From the NCBI GenBank assembly GCA_026025075.1, contig JAPEUI010000022.1, positions 172,592 to 192,591 on the forward strand: 20,000 nucleotides of DNA, in the 5' to 3' direction. Numbering within the stretch: the stretch's first letter is position 1; the number at the start of each line of letters is the position of its first letter. Shown piece by piece: positions 1-9,771 of this stretch. Source of the DNA: Vezdaea acicularis. Lineage: Eukaryota. Both the position numbers and the translations under genes were made by a program. Below the pieces are notes generated by a model. The model saw nothing but the letters and a program-made list of their open reading frames with translations. It was not told the origin of the DNA and ran no database searches.

Positions 1-1206
1 GCGCAGTTGCAGTCCCAGGCTTCACAACAACCATGCCCCGCTGGACATCTTCTCGCTTTACACCACGAAGAAGTAGTCCAGAATTATCGCCTGCCCGAGA
101 TTCGTCACAAGATTTCTTGAATGTTTCGATATCCGTAACTTTTGTCTTAATGGGTGCCTCATTCTTTCCGATAATCTCCACATCCGAGTCCTTCTTCAAC
201 AAGCCACGCTCAACTCGTCCTGAAACAACTGTGCCTCGGCCGGGAATGGAAAAGACATCTTCTACAGCCATTAGGAAAGGCTTCTCGACGTCGCGCTGCG
301 GGGTCGGAATCCATTCGTCAACAGCTTTCAGAAGCTCATCAATTTTACCAACCCCGATGTCAGGTTGTTTCCCTTCAAGAGCGCAAAGAGCTGAGCCAAG
401 TATAATAGGTGTGTCATCGCCCTCAAAGCCATAGGTATTGAGAAGTTCTCGCATTTCCATCTCGACAAGTTCCAGCATCTCTTTGTCCTCGATAGCATCT
501 ACCTTGTTAACAAAGACGACGATCTTTTCGACACCGACCTGTCGCGCAAGCAGGAGATGTTCCCGAGTCTGTGGCCTGCCAGACAGTTAATAATCAGAGT
601 TTGAATGGGAGGGCATAAAACTCCTAACATTTGACCATCAGAAGCGGCAACCACAATGACTGCGCCATCCATATTCGCTGCACCTGTTATCATGTTCTTA
701 ATGTAGTCCGCGTGACCGGGACAGTCTACATGGGAGTAGTGTCGATTTTCGGTTTCATACTCGATATGGGCAGTTGAAATAGTGATACCACGCTTTCTTT
801 CCTCTGGAGCTTTGTCGATTGCACCATACTCGAGAAAGTTGGCGAATCCCTTCTCAGCCTGCCTTTTTGTAATTGCGGCGGTCAGAGTTGTCTGCGAAAA
901 TTGGTAAGTATGATGCTATGACCGTCCATCGTCTTCGCGTACCTTGCCATGATCGACGTGGCCGATGGTGCCTGTAACGAATTAGATTGAGATCTCGGTT
1001 CAACATAGAGAAGTGGAATATATACCAATATTAACATGCGGCTTCGTTCTTTGAAATGCCGTCGCAAGGCCTCGATATTGCTGTGCTAGCTGTGCTCCGT
1101 TTTTCGCAGTAACGACCTGGTAAAAAGGATTGACGCCATTCTGCCGTTGGAGTACAGCACGGGAAATTCGTATGAAAGGAGCGACAGACCGAGAGAGCGC
1201 GGTCAT
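1..1206 (-). CDS. TUF1: Mitochondrial translation elongation factor Tu, 3' end beyond the left edge. Exons 1206-1026, 971-943, 891-629, 575-<1
   Basis: The spliced translation gives an Arg-rich presequence, then [26 protein letters not shown] (G1), [44 protein letters not shown] and VFVNKVD (G4). Three GT..AG introns (1025-972, 942-892, 628-576) restore the frame. Confidence 0.97.
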
Positions 1207-1581
1207 CGTGATAAATGCACCGAATGTTGTACAAGAAAGAAATGGCCGAATTGAGGGAGATGAGAGCTTCGCTGCCGAAAAATGGTGCGCTCACGACCTC
1301 TCCCAGAAATTCTACTAGCGCGTTCCGAAGATCTCAAATCACGTGCGGCATGTTCTTATACTTTATTTGTAGCCATGATATATGGTATGCATTGCAGCTG
1401 CGTTCAAAGATGTGAACATTAAAGGCTTGTACTCAGGACTAGACATTTATTTGACGTTTCCTGGGTCCTTTACTACAATTCGTCTCCGACATGGACCCAA
1501 ATGGATCGGAGGAAACCTATTATCTCTACGAATTCGTGAGATCTGGAATGATAATAGGCGAAGCTCACAGCTCATGATACT

Positions 1582-2607
1582 TTACTTGGCTACAAACTCC
1601 TGCGCAGCTGCTCTGGTATTACTGGTGGCTTTTCCTTGGAACTGCATCAACATAACTTCCAGAGGTTTCCCAATTATCTGCTGCCACTCTGTTGCACCAT
1701 CTACCTCCGATACTACATTTCGAATTTTCTTCAAGAGGTTCTCTGCCTCCTCAATAGATGCGCGTCGTCCTCTCCTTTTGGGTGCGAGCTTGAGTTCGAC
1801 ACGTCGACCCTGTTCTAAAAAGCTTCTCATAACATTTAAACGATGACTAAGGTCGTGCTCGTCGATTGCCCAATTCACTTCTAGTTCTTTCGGGGCCAGT
1901 GTTCGATTAGAACTTGCTTTCTTAGGCTCTATTCGCTGGATATGGCGTTCAAATTCTGCAGCGTCCATGAGCTTGCAGACCGGCGTACTTTCTCCCTTTC
2001 CACTTTGCCCACCAACTTGCCCAGCGACTTGAACAAGACGGTATCTCTGATTGTCGTACTGCCTTTTGATATTCCATATGGGCGTACTGGGATTAAACTT
2101 CCCCTTTTCATCGACCCACGCCACCGCTTTTGCTTGGATCCGGCTATCAAATATGATCTCAGGTGGAATCGCGGCTCGTCCTCCTCTAGACTTCCTGGAC
2201 AGCTTAGCTTCTGCCACAACCTTCTCGAACTCTTGATCTTCCATGATCTTGCAGACGGGCACGCCGTTTGCTACGACTCCATTGAGCTGAACCAGGCGGT
2301 GAGTATTTGAGTCGAAAGATTGTCGAATATCCTCAATAGGTCCGGGTTCGTGAGTTACACCTTCAGCATCGAGTAAACAGACTTTTTCCGCTGTGATGCG
2401 GTCATCGAATAGTACCGTTGCTGGCGCAGACACATTGGCTCTTCTTGCTCGCGAGTAATGGCGAGCTTGTGCTGACCGTGGAGGACGGATGAAATACGGT
2501 GGAGTGCTTCGCAGTCTGGGTTGATGGTAAGTATGCGATCGTACAATTGATGTAGTGAATATTCGTCGTAAAGCTTGAGCAGCACTCCAAGGTGCAGTGC
2601 ATTGCAT
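1582..2607 (-). CDS. Mitochondrial translation initiation factor IF-3 family protein, intronless, about 341 aa from the first ATG, with two IF3 N-terminal-like domains
   Basis: It has a basic, acid-free presequence (ALRRIFTTSIVRS...). Two FDxRI...LVQ...PVCKxM segments resemble the IF3 N-domain. The C-domain KELEVNWAIDEHDLSHRLNVMRSFLEQGRRVELKL matches the IF3-C pattern (KE...I..HD...K.......FL..G..V). The ORF-track start at 2667 is TTG; the first ATG is at 2607. Confidence 0.82.
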   Translation of the reverse strand: MQCTAPWSAAQALRRIFTTSIVRSHTYHQPRLRSTPPYFIRPPRSAQARHYSRARRANVSAPATVLFDDRITAEKVCLLDAEGVTHEPGPIEDIRQSFDSNTHRLVQLNGVVANGVPVCKIMEDQEFEKVVAEAKLSRKSRGGRAAIPPEIIFDSRIQAKAVAWVDEKGKFNPSTPIWNIKRQYDNQRYRLVQVAGQVGGQSGKGESTPVCKLMDAAEFERHIQRIEPKKASSNRTLAPKELEVNWAIDEHDLSHRLNVMRSFLEQGRRVELKLAPKRRGRRASIEEAENLLKKIRNVVSEVDGATEWQQIIGKPLEVMLMQFQGKATSNTRAAAQEFVAK

Positions 2608-2798
2608 TGCGACTACACCATTGCAACATATGACTAGAATGAGAAGCTCGGTTGGAGGATAAGACAATTTGGAAGCAAAGAGTTCCCGTCAAATTTAGAC
2701 GACAACCCTACAATATGAAACTGCCTACGCAAACCTTCTAACCATCTTCAAAGCGGAGCAACTTGCGCCGTCATTTCAAACATGTCCAAGAGGTTACA
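2608..2798. promoter_or_regulatory. Short (about 190 bp) divergent intergenic region, probably a bidirectional promoter for mtIF3 and IMP1
   Basis: The start codons at 2607 (-) and 2799 (+) are head to head. Confidence 0.6.
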
Positions 2799-3371
2799 AT
2801 GACATCGCTGAAGCGCATAGCTAATACGCTTCGGCCATTAAGCCCTGTCTTGAGTGCGCTCAAGTATGTCGCGGCCGTCCATTTGATTCTAGAATGGGTC
2901 GTATCATTCAATATAACCTCTGGGCCGAGCATGCTACCTACCATCGCACTAGAACGGGATTGGGTCTGCATTAGCAAACTTCACGCACGAGGGAGAGGCG
3001 TCGAAGTGGGGGACTTGATAAGCTTTAAGTCTCCTATTGAACCGGGAGCAAACTCCTTGAAGCGTGTTCTTGGGATGCCGGGAGATTTCGTGGAAAGGGA
3101 TACACCATCCACAAATGGGGAAGGGAGGCTTCTGCGAGTAAGTTACTCTTTTCAGCCTCCTAAAACTCACTCTAGACGCGTCGATGATCTAATAATTGGC
3201 CCGTAGGTACCGGATGGACATTGCTTTGTTGTTGGGGATAACACAGCTCACTCCAGAGACTCCCGTCTTTACGGGGCGATACCGCTGGGTCTTGTAAATG
3301 GAAAAGTCCTAGGGAGAGTATGGCCTTGGCCACCAACGCGATATCAGAGCGCCCTTAGTCCGCCTACATAA
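2799..3371 (+). CDS. IMP1: Mitochondrial inner membrane peptidase subunit (S26 family, Imp1-like). Exons 2799-3137, 3207-3371
   Basis: Catalytic Ser box GPSMLPT and Lys box SLKRVLGMPGD. After the GTAAGT..CTAAT..TAG intron (3138-3206), exon 2 reads VPDGHCFVVGDNTAHSRDSRLYGAIPLGLVNGKV, with TAA at 3369-3371. Imp1 versus Imp2 is judged by eye. Confidence 0.88.
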
Positions 3372-3780
3372 GCATAGATACCCGATCCTAAGCCCGTCTC
3401 GAAACTTTGGGTATGGCTTTTTGGAGCAGCTTTTGTAAAGTCATATCTCCTGAGGAGGGTTCTCCCTTCAATCAAAATAAATCGCTTGGCATTCGTGAAA
3501 GATTTCGTAGCCAGCTCCTTCATCGCTAGCCGCTTCTCATCTCCTATCCCGTGAAAGATGTCGATTTATCTGTTGCAGGACGTTGAAAATGGCCTGTCAC
3601 GCACCACATGCCACCCCTCACGGAGTGGACTGCTGTAGGTCATTCCGCGCGCTGTCTGATCATGTGGGAAGATATTAATTGCTCTAGCGCCTCTGATAAA
3701 GGCAGTGATCCTAAGCATATCATATTCGTATACTTTTAATGGAACGTCTAAATCTCATCTCCCCCCGTGAACCCTTCAGT

Positions 3781-4819
3781 TCATCCATTCACATGCTCCA
3801 TTCCACGAGTGCTATACCTCTCTCCCGCAACCTTACCCGTCGCGAGAATGCGCTCAATCCTCTTCATCTCCTCCTCACTCAATAGCACCTCCCTCGCATT
3901 CTCCTCAATCCTCCCTACACTCCTCGTCCCAGGAATCGGTACAATTGTTGGCATATCCGCCCTTTTGCTAAGCGTGAGCAACCAGCCGATCGCCAGCTGT
4001 GCAGGCGTGCACTTCTTCTCTGTAGCTACCTTCTCCAGCTCTTGCACAAGCTTCATATTTGTGTCCCAGTTCTCCGCCTGGAACTGCGGGAAGGTACGCC
4101 GCATGTCGTCTTCGGGGATATCCTCCGGCCGTTTGAGCTGGCCAGTCAGGAAGCCGCGCCCCACGGGAGAGTATGCTACTATAGGGATGTCGAGCTCCTT
4201 GCACGCCGCGGCGATGCCGTTTGTCAAGGGCTCAGTGCACCACAGACTGAGCTCTATCTCAACAGCGACGATCTTCGTCACTTGGGCCGCTTGGCGAATC
4301 GTTGCAGCAGAGACCTCGCTCAGTCCTACGCCACCAATTTTCCCCTCATTCACGAGCTGCGCAAGCGTATTGAGAGTCGTTTCGAGAGGGACTTTGGGGT
4401 CGCGGCGTGCACATTCGAAGATGTCGATTTTCCCCACGGGGCCGAGCATGCGCAAACAATTCTCGACGCTCTTGCGGACGTACTCAGGAGAGCCATCTGG
4501 AGCAAAGTTGCGAAGGCCACCTTTGATGCTGAGAACCACCTTCTTAGCATCTTTGGGGTATTTGGCGTAGTACTTGTTGAGAAGCGTAAGGGAATTGTTC
4601 TCGGGCGAGCCGTAGAACTCCCCGCCGTTAAAGAAGTTACATCCATGAGCTAGGGCAGATTGGAGGGAAGCGGAGGCATCGAACTTGGCGTTTTGGTTGA
4701 CAGGAAAGGTCAGGCCTGGTAAAGTGTAAGATTGGGTGGTGAGTAGGAGCTGAAGGAAGAGAAATACCCATCATGCCGTAGCCTATGTTCCCGATCTTTT
4801 TTCCGACGAGTTCAGTCAT
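3781..4819 (-). CDS. Aldo-keto reductase, pyridoxal reductase (Plr1/AKR8)-like, 328 aa. Exons 4819-4768, 4715-3781
   Basis: The spliced N-terminus reads IGYGMMGLT...FFNGGEFYG...VVLSIKGG. Downstream motifs are IDIFECARRD, GKIGGVGLSEVSA, AYSPVGRG, TPAQLAIGW and IVPIPG. The NGGEFYG and ECAR variants are typical of Plr1-type AKRs. The intron is 4767-4716 (GT..CAG). Confidence 0.9.
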
Positions 4820-5749
4820 TCTTGTAGTTATGGTCGAACTGTACTTTTAGGCTTTTATTTTCTTGACGATTATAGTAATGGTGATAGGGTACGAATCGAG
4901 TTGATCGTATGGAGCTGATGTGAATGAAGATAACTTGAAGGATATTGGTCTTGTACTTCTAGATTGATAGCGAGATTGAAGTTTGCTGCTTTTAACCATA
5001 ATCCGTCAAATTCAGGAATTTGAAATCCATTGTGAGTTCATCAGACATTTAGGTATGGAGATACTGCGGGGTTAAGATACCGTACTGTAGCTGGTGCTCA
5101 CGCACCCACACGATGTAGGGTATGGGGATCGTACGGCACAAAGCTGCATGATCACAGTAACCTGTCTCCATGGATCTCAGATTTCTCGTTAGAAAATCCT
5201 TTGGAAGCATGCAGCGTGATGAAGTCAGAGATGGGATCGATAGTACGCATTGCTGGGGTCAAGCTTGTCGTAAGCCTCCTTCAATGCCATAGAGATATCA
5301 GGAACTTATTCTTCTCGTGACTTAGCCTGCGAAGACCCTGCGTTAGGCATGCATCACGTGATCACCGTCATACAGGAAGCGGGGAAGCACTGTAGAATAG
5401 CTCCTCCGTATTCAGTCGTATCAATCATGAAGAGACATCTATTGACTACTATCTACTATTTGCTACTTACTTCTACTGCATGCGACCATCCCGCTCGACA
5501 CTAGTCTGTTGCCTGCCCATACGCACGTGCCTTATACGTGCGAGGAGTTGAAAGTGTCCTGACCAAATGCCTCCCTAAAATGGATGTTCGATACAAGAAT
5601 GATCACGACTTACTTGCTGTTCTGACTGAATTTATTCGAGGTATTTGTTTTTATCTAAGAGGTGAAAATTCGAGTAACGTCCGAAGCGGGTACTTTTCTA
5701 AGCTGCTTGTATCTCTTGATGCAAATGGCCCCTGATGCTCCAGGTATCC

Positions 5750-6660
5750 TCACCAAATCCGATTCTCAGCCTTTGCAGCAACACTCTTCTTTGTAGCAAT
5801 CTTGCCTTTGCCTGGCGTCCTGAAGAACAAGCTAGGCGTCTCTCCCTCACCAACCAGATGGCTCAGGTAACCCCTATGCGCTGGATCTCGATAGTACTCA
5901 ATATCCTTCCGCGATGTCGGATCAGGTAATCGAAACTTATATTGTGGATCTAGAGGCAGAGGGCCCGGCTCAAATGCTTCTGATGGTGAGTCCCCTTTTA
6001 AGACTCTCTTTATTGCCAGGGGCGAGTAGTAGCGCGTAGTGACCGAGCCTCCGTTTGCTTCGACTGCTGCTATAGCGCTGGCAGATGCACGCGATACAAG
6101 AACCTTGATGGGAGTTTTGAGCTCGGTAGAATTCTGAACGGACCTTAATTAGTATGAATTCCTAAGGCATTTAGCTACACGAAATAACTTACACGCCCAA
6201 GTAGCTTGACCCCATCTTTGATCCCATGTATACAACGTGACTTCACGAGTTCTTTCAATGTGATCGGTCTCGAGGGATCCAACCTGCCCTGATCAATCCA
6301 GCTCTGGATCGTATCCAGATTGACTTTGGACATGTTGACTGAAAACTGGTTATCGAACCCCCTCTTGCCCGCTACGACCTCTACTGGGGTCTGTCCCCCC
6401 TGAAAGCCACTTGGTACCTTGCCATGAGCTTTCTGTCCCTTTTGCCCGCGGCCGGATGTTTTTCCTCTTCCAGAAGACGGCCCTCGACCACGTTTTATCT
6501 TGTGGCTGTACGCTTTCGTATTGTCGCGAAGGTCGGCGAGAATCGATGCATTGCGTGCTTGAGGCAGAAGAAACGGGAGGAAAAGTGAAGATTTTGAATC
6601 GACTGTTGGCGAGACTATGAATCTGAACGTTCGTCGCAGGGACGGTATTCGTGGTGGCAT
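5750..6660 (-). CDS. MRPL10: Mitochondrial large-subunit ribosomal protein uL15m, 283 aa. Exons 6660-6193, 6133-5750
   Basis: uL15 signature RGRGPSSGRGKTSGRGQKGQKA..GFQGGQTP and GVKLLG. After the GTAAGT..CTAAT..CAG intron, exon 2 encodes VSRASASAIAAVEANGGSVTTRYY and LPDPTSRKDIEYYRDPAHRGYL, typical of fungal mitochondrial L15. TGA at 5752-5750. Confidence 0.94.
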
Positions 6661-7078
6661 GATGATGGCCTATGAAAAATGTCGACTCTGATGAAGGAGA
6701 CGAGCAACATTGGGGATGAGTTGGCTGAAGCGAAATGCTGATGAGTAAGCGGGTCAAAAAAAGCCCCTAAGTTACTCTCCGTCATTCTAAAGCTATTACA
6801 ATATAATTACTATGGTCTATAGGGTGATTGCAGATTTTAAGAATCAAGAATGGAGGTAAATATACATAAGAGGGTTGAGACTATCGTGCGGCCTCCGTCG
6901 CAAATAGCAATATCTGTATCGCCCACCTCCGAACCATCAATCTACGCTAATAATCCAACAAATAACATTCATCCGGCCTTATTTGGACACAGATACAGAA
7001 GCACGGTGCCAATTGTGTCCTAGTTACTTCTACAATCGGACCCAGCCCCAAGGGCTTTCTTTTATGTCACCACTTCCA

Positions 7079-9048
7079 TCACTCTCGAGACACGTCGCGT
7101 CCAAAGACTTTACTCTTGACCCAGTCTACTATAACGAGTACTCGATTCCGTGCTGTTCCTTCATTAGCTATTCGTATTTTCAGACCCACGGAGCTTAATT
7201 TACTTACTACTGAAACACATGCTGAGATATGCGCTCCGCCAGAAAAGATAGGTCAGACTTCCACCACTTGCAAAGTTTCCATCCATCCAAGTAATATCCG
7301 CCACTGCACGTTCGCTTCCAATATAGGCAAGACTTCCTTGGTGTGTATATTTGAACGGGCTTATCTGCTTGACGCGGCTCAATCGCCTTTCCCTCGTTTT
7401 GAGTTCGGTCTCTAGCTGCTCGGACTCTACTCCGCGAGCCTTGTCTTGTTTCAGGCTTTCAAGTTCTGCTTGTAAACTCTCGGTCTTGGCCATTGTATTG
7501 AAGTAACGCGCGAGGAAGTTCCCTTCCTGTGCAGCAACCTGCGCAGTTGGCGCATAGTTCGCAATTGCACAATCGCCAACGGCCCAAATATCTTTGGTTC
7601 CCTTGACGTTAAGATATTCATCTACAGCCAACCCGCGTCTGGAATCCTTCTGTTCAGGTATTTGCATCATGAGATCTTTAACGAGAGGCCTGAGGGCGTT
7701 CCCCGTTGCCCATACAAGTAGGCCATAAGGGATCGTTTCGATTCCTTTAGACCCGTCCGGTTTTGTCCACTCAGCTTCGATGGTCTTATCAGTTACTTTC
7801 TTAACCATTGTCTTGAGCTTTACTTCAATCTTCTCGTCATTGAACACCTTCTCGGTGTAGTCAATGAGCTGTTTGGAGAAGCTAGGCAGGACCTAAGAGA
7901 AAATCAGCTTGCTTGAATGTGAAAGTATCCAGTGGATAACGAACAGTTGGTAGAGCTTCAACAAGCGTCACTTTGAATTTGTCTTTGACCTCAGGAACCC
8001 ATTTCGTAATGTCTTGGTCCAAGAAATCCTGCAACTCGCCAGCAAACTCAACACCAGTAGGTCCGCCTCCCACAACCACCATGTGTAACAGTCGCTCGAC
8101 TTCAGATGGCGATTGATCCTTGAATGTAGCAGTTTCGACGCAGTCCATGATTTTTTTCCGGATCTCCTGTGCATCGGCAATCTCTTTTAAGAAACTGGAG
8201 TGTTCTCGGACCCCAGGTATGCCTGTGCATTATTAGCCACCATTACCCAACGTTTTGTGGCACGGACAACTCATACCAAATGTGGCATTTTCTGCTCCAA
8301 CTCCTACGACTAACATGTCGTATGGCACCTCTGTAGCCGACATCTCACCCTTTATAGGGGACTCATCTGAAATTGAAACCACCTTCCGCTTGTAGTCTAT
8401 CTTCGTTGCGTCCGCTTCGTAGTACTTCACTGTCGTCTTCTTGTGTCGGAGGAAGTTTCTAATGGGCTCCATGATAGAGCGATGCTCGATCGTACCAGTC
8501 GTACAGGAAGGGAGCAAAGGCGTGAAAAGGAAATAGTTTCTCGGTGATATAACGATGACATTGTAGTGCTCTGTATCAAGACTCTTCAAAAGAGAGACAG
8601 ATCCCCAGCCAGTACCTGATCAGCTTCGTTAGTAAATTTCTGTTGAGAAATGCGCTGAATTCAGGGACATACCCAGAATGACAAGAGTTTTCTTGCTTGG
8701 ATCAGGATCTTCCTGGTCAATTGGGTTCCGTAAGTGCCAAACAGAATACCCAAGGTAAACGGTTCCGCCAATCGCAGAGAGATAGGTAAGGCGCCAGGTC
8801 CATAGGAAAAATGTCCGTGTCCGACCTCTTGGCTTCGGGCTTGGTGTAATATCGGCATATGTCCTCCTGGACGATTGTTGTAAGGCAGTTTTTTGGAAGC
8901 TCGATTTGTTGGGAGCATGTCTTGTTGACCGAATAGAAGTGGTGGAGCCAGAAAAAAAAGACCGTTGAGGGATAGCTCTGGTTGTCGCAATACGGCCACC
9001 CGTAGCAATTGGCAGCCGCAACGCCACTCGAGAAGCTGGTGCTACCAT
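7079..9048 (-). CDS. Mitochondrial type-II (alternative, external-type) NADH:ubiquinone oxidoreductase, 583 aa, no obvious EF-hand insert. Exons 9048-8673, 8615-8277, 8222-7945, 7892-7208, 7152-7079
   Basis: A presequence and a hydrophobic segment are followed by LVILGTGWG (FAD), SPRNYFLFTPLLPS, VVVGGGPTGVEFAGEL (NADH), WAVGDCA, APTAQVAAQEG, YTHQGSLAYIG and C-terminal DWVKSKVFGRDVSRE. Four GT..AG introns give a 1752-nt open frame. Confidence 0.95.
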
Positions 9049-9771
9049 GATGTGATGCTCCTCTCGCACAGAGAGCTTGAAGGTCAATAAGAAGACGAAG
9101 TTGGGAAGCTGAAGGCTTCCGACTTTATATGGTGAGTAGGGAGATCGCCTAAGAAAGCTTGGACCACCAATAGGGTCTCCCTATTTTCTCCCGAGAGATA
9201 ACAAAATTCGACGAGTCAGTCGCCGAAGTTGCCCCCAAAAGCAACCGCAGGAGAATTCTGTGCTCGCGTGCTCAAAACGTTATGCAGTCCACATGCTCCC
9301 AGCCTCGTTGACCTTTCAATTCTTAATCGCGTACTACTGGTTCTTCAAACATGAACAATGCTAGCGGTGTAGGAAACGTTGAGGGCCTCGGCGATGATGT
9401 GCCATTCTACAAGCGCCAGTAGATTGCTCTTTTCGAACATCATCCAGGTATCTACTAAGAAGGTTTCATATGCGCAGAAGAATACTTCTCGGGCCAATTG
9501 ACGACCGTTAAAACGATTTTGCTCCGAACGTATGGTACCATTTCTAAAGACTACTTTGTGAGGACGCGGATGCTTGTCAACTTCGAATGCATCATGAAAA
9601 GGAAATCGCACAACTCCCGGAGCCTCCCTAATGTCATGCTCCACCCCAATCCAACCAAGCTCAAACTCGAAACCAATAGATACAAGAAGAGCCCTGAAGT
9701 CCTTGATGAGTCAAGACGATCCTGCCTAGTGTGCGCCTAGTCCATCATTTCCCCTAATTCAGGCCACTGCT

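Noticed and set aside
33..434. 133-aa + strand ORF
   Set aside because: It is the antisense shadow of EF-Tu exon 4 and has no recognisable motifs.
2608..2667. TTG-initiated 20-aa extension of mtIF3 in the ORF track
   Set aside because: It starts at a non-ATG codon, and the ATG at 2607 directly begins a plausible presequence.
3767..4653. 267-aa and 203-aa + strand ORFs
   Set aside because: Both are antisense to the aldo-keto reductase and are explained by its codon bias.
5427..5631. Possible box C/D snoRNA (ATGAAGA or ATGATCA with downstream CTGA)
   Set aside because: The C boxes are imperfect, and I see no terminal stem or recognisable rRNA guide. An Infernal or snoscan search would be needed.
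6721..6770. TTGGCTGAAG and AAGCCCCTAA upstream of MRPL10, resembling fungal ribosomal-protein promoter motifs
   Set aside because: The matches are imperfect and short enough to arise by chance.
9345..9740. Overlapping 99-aa (-) and 80-aa (+) ORFs between the NADH dehydrogenase and PTC1
   Set aside because: They have no recognisable domain, and the region is adequately explained as the PTC1 3' UTR plus the NDH promoter.
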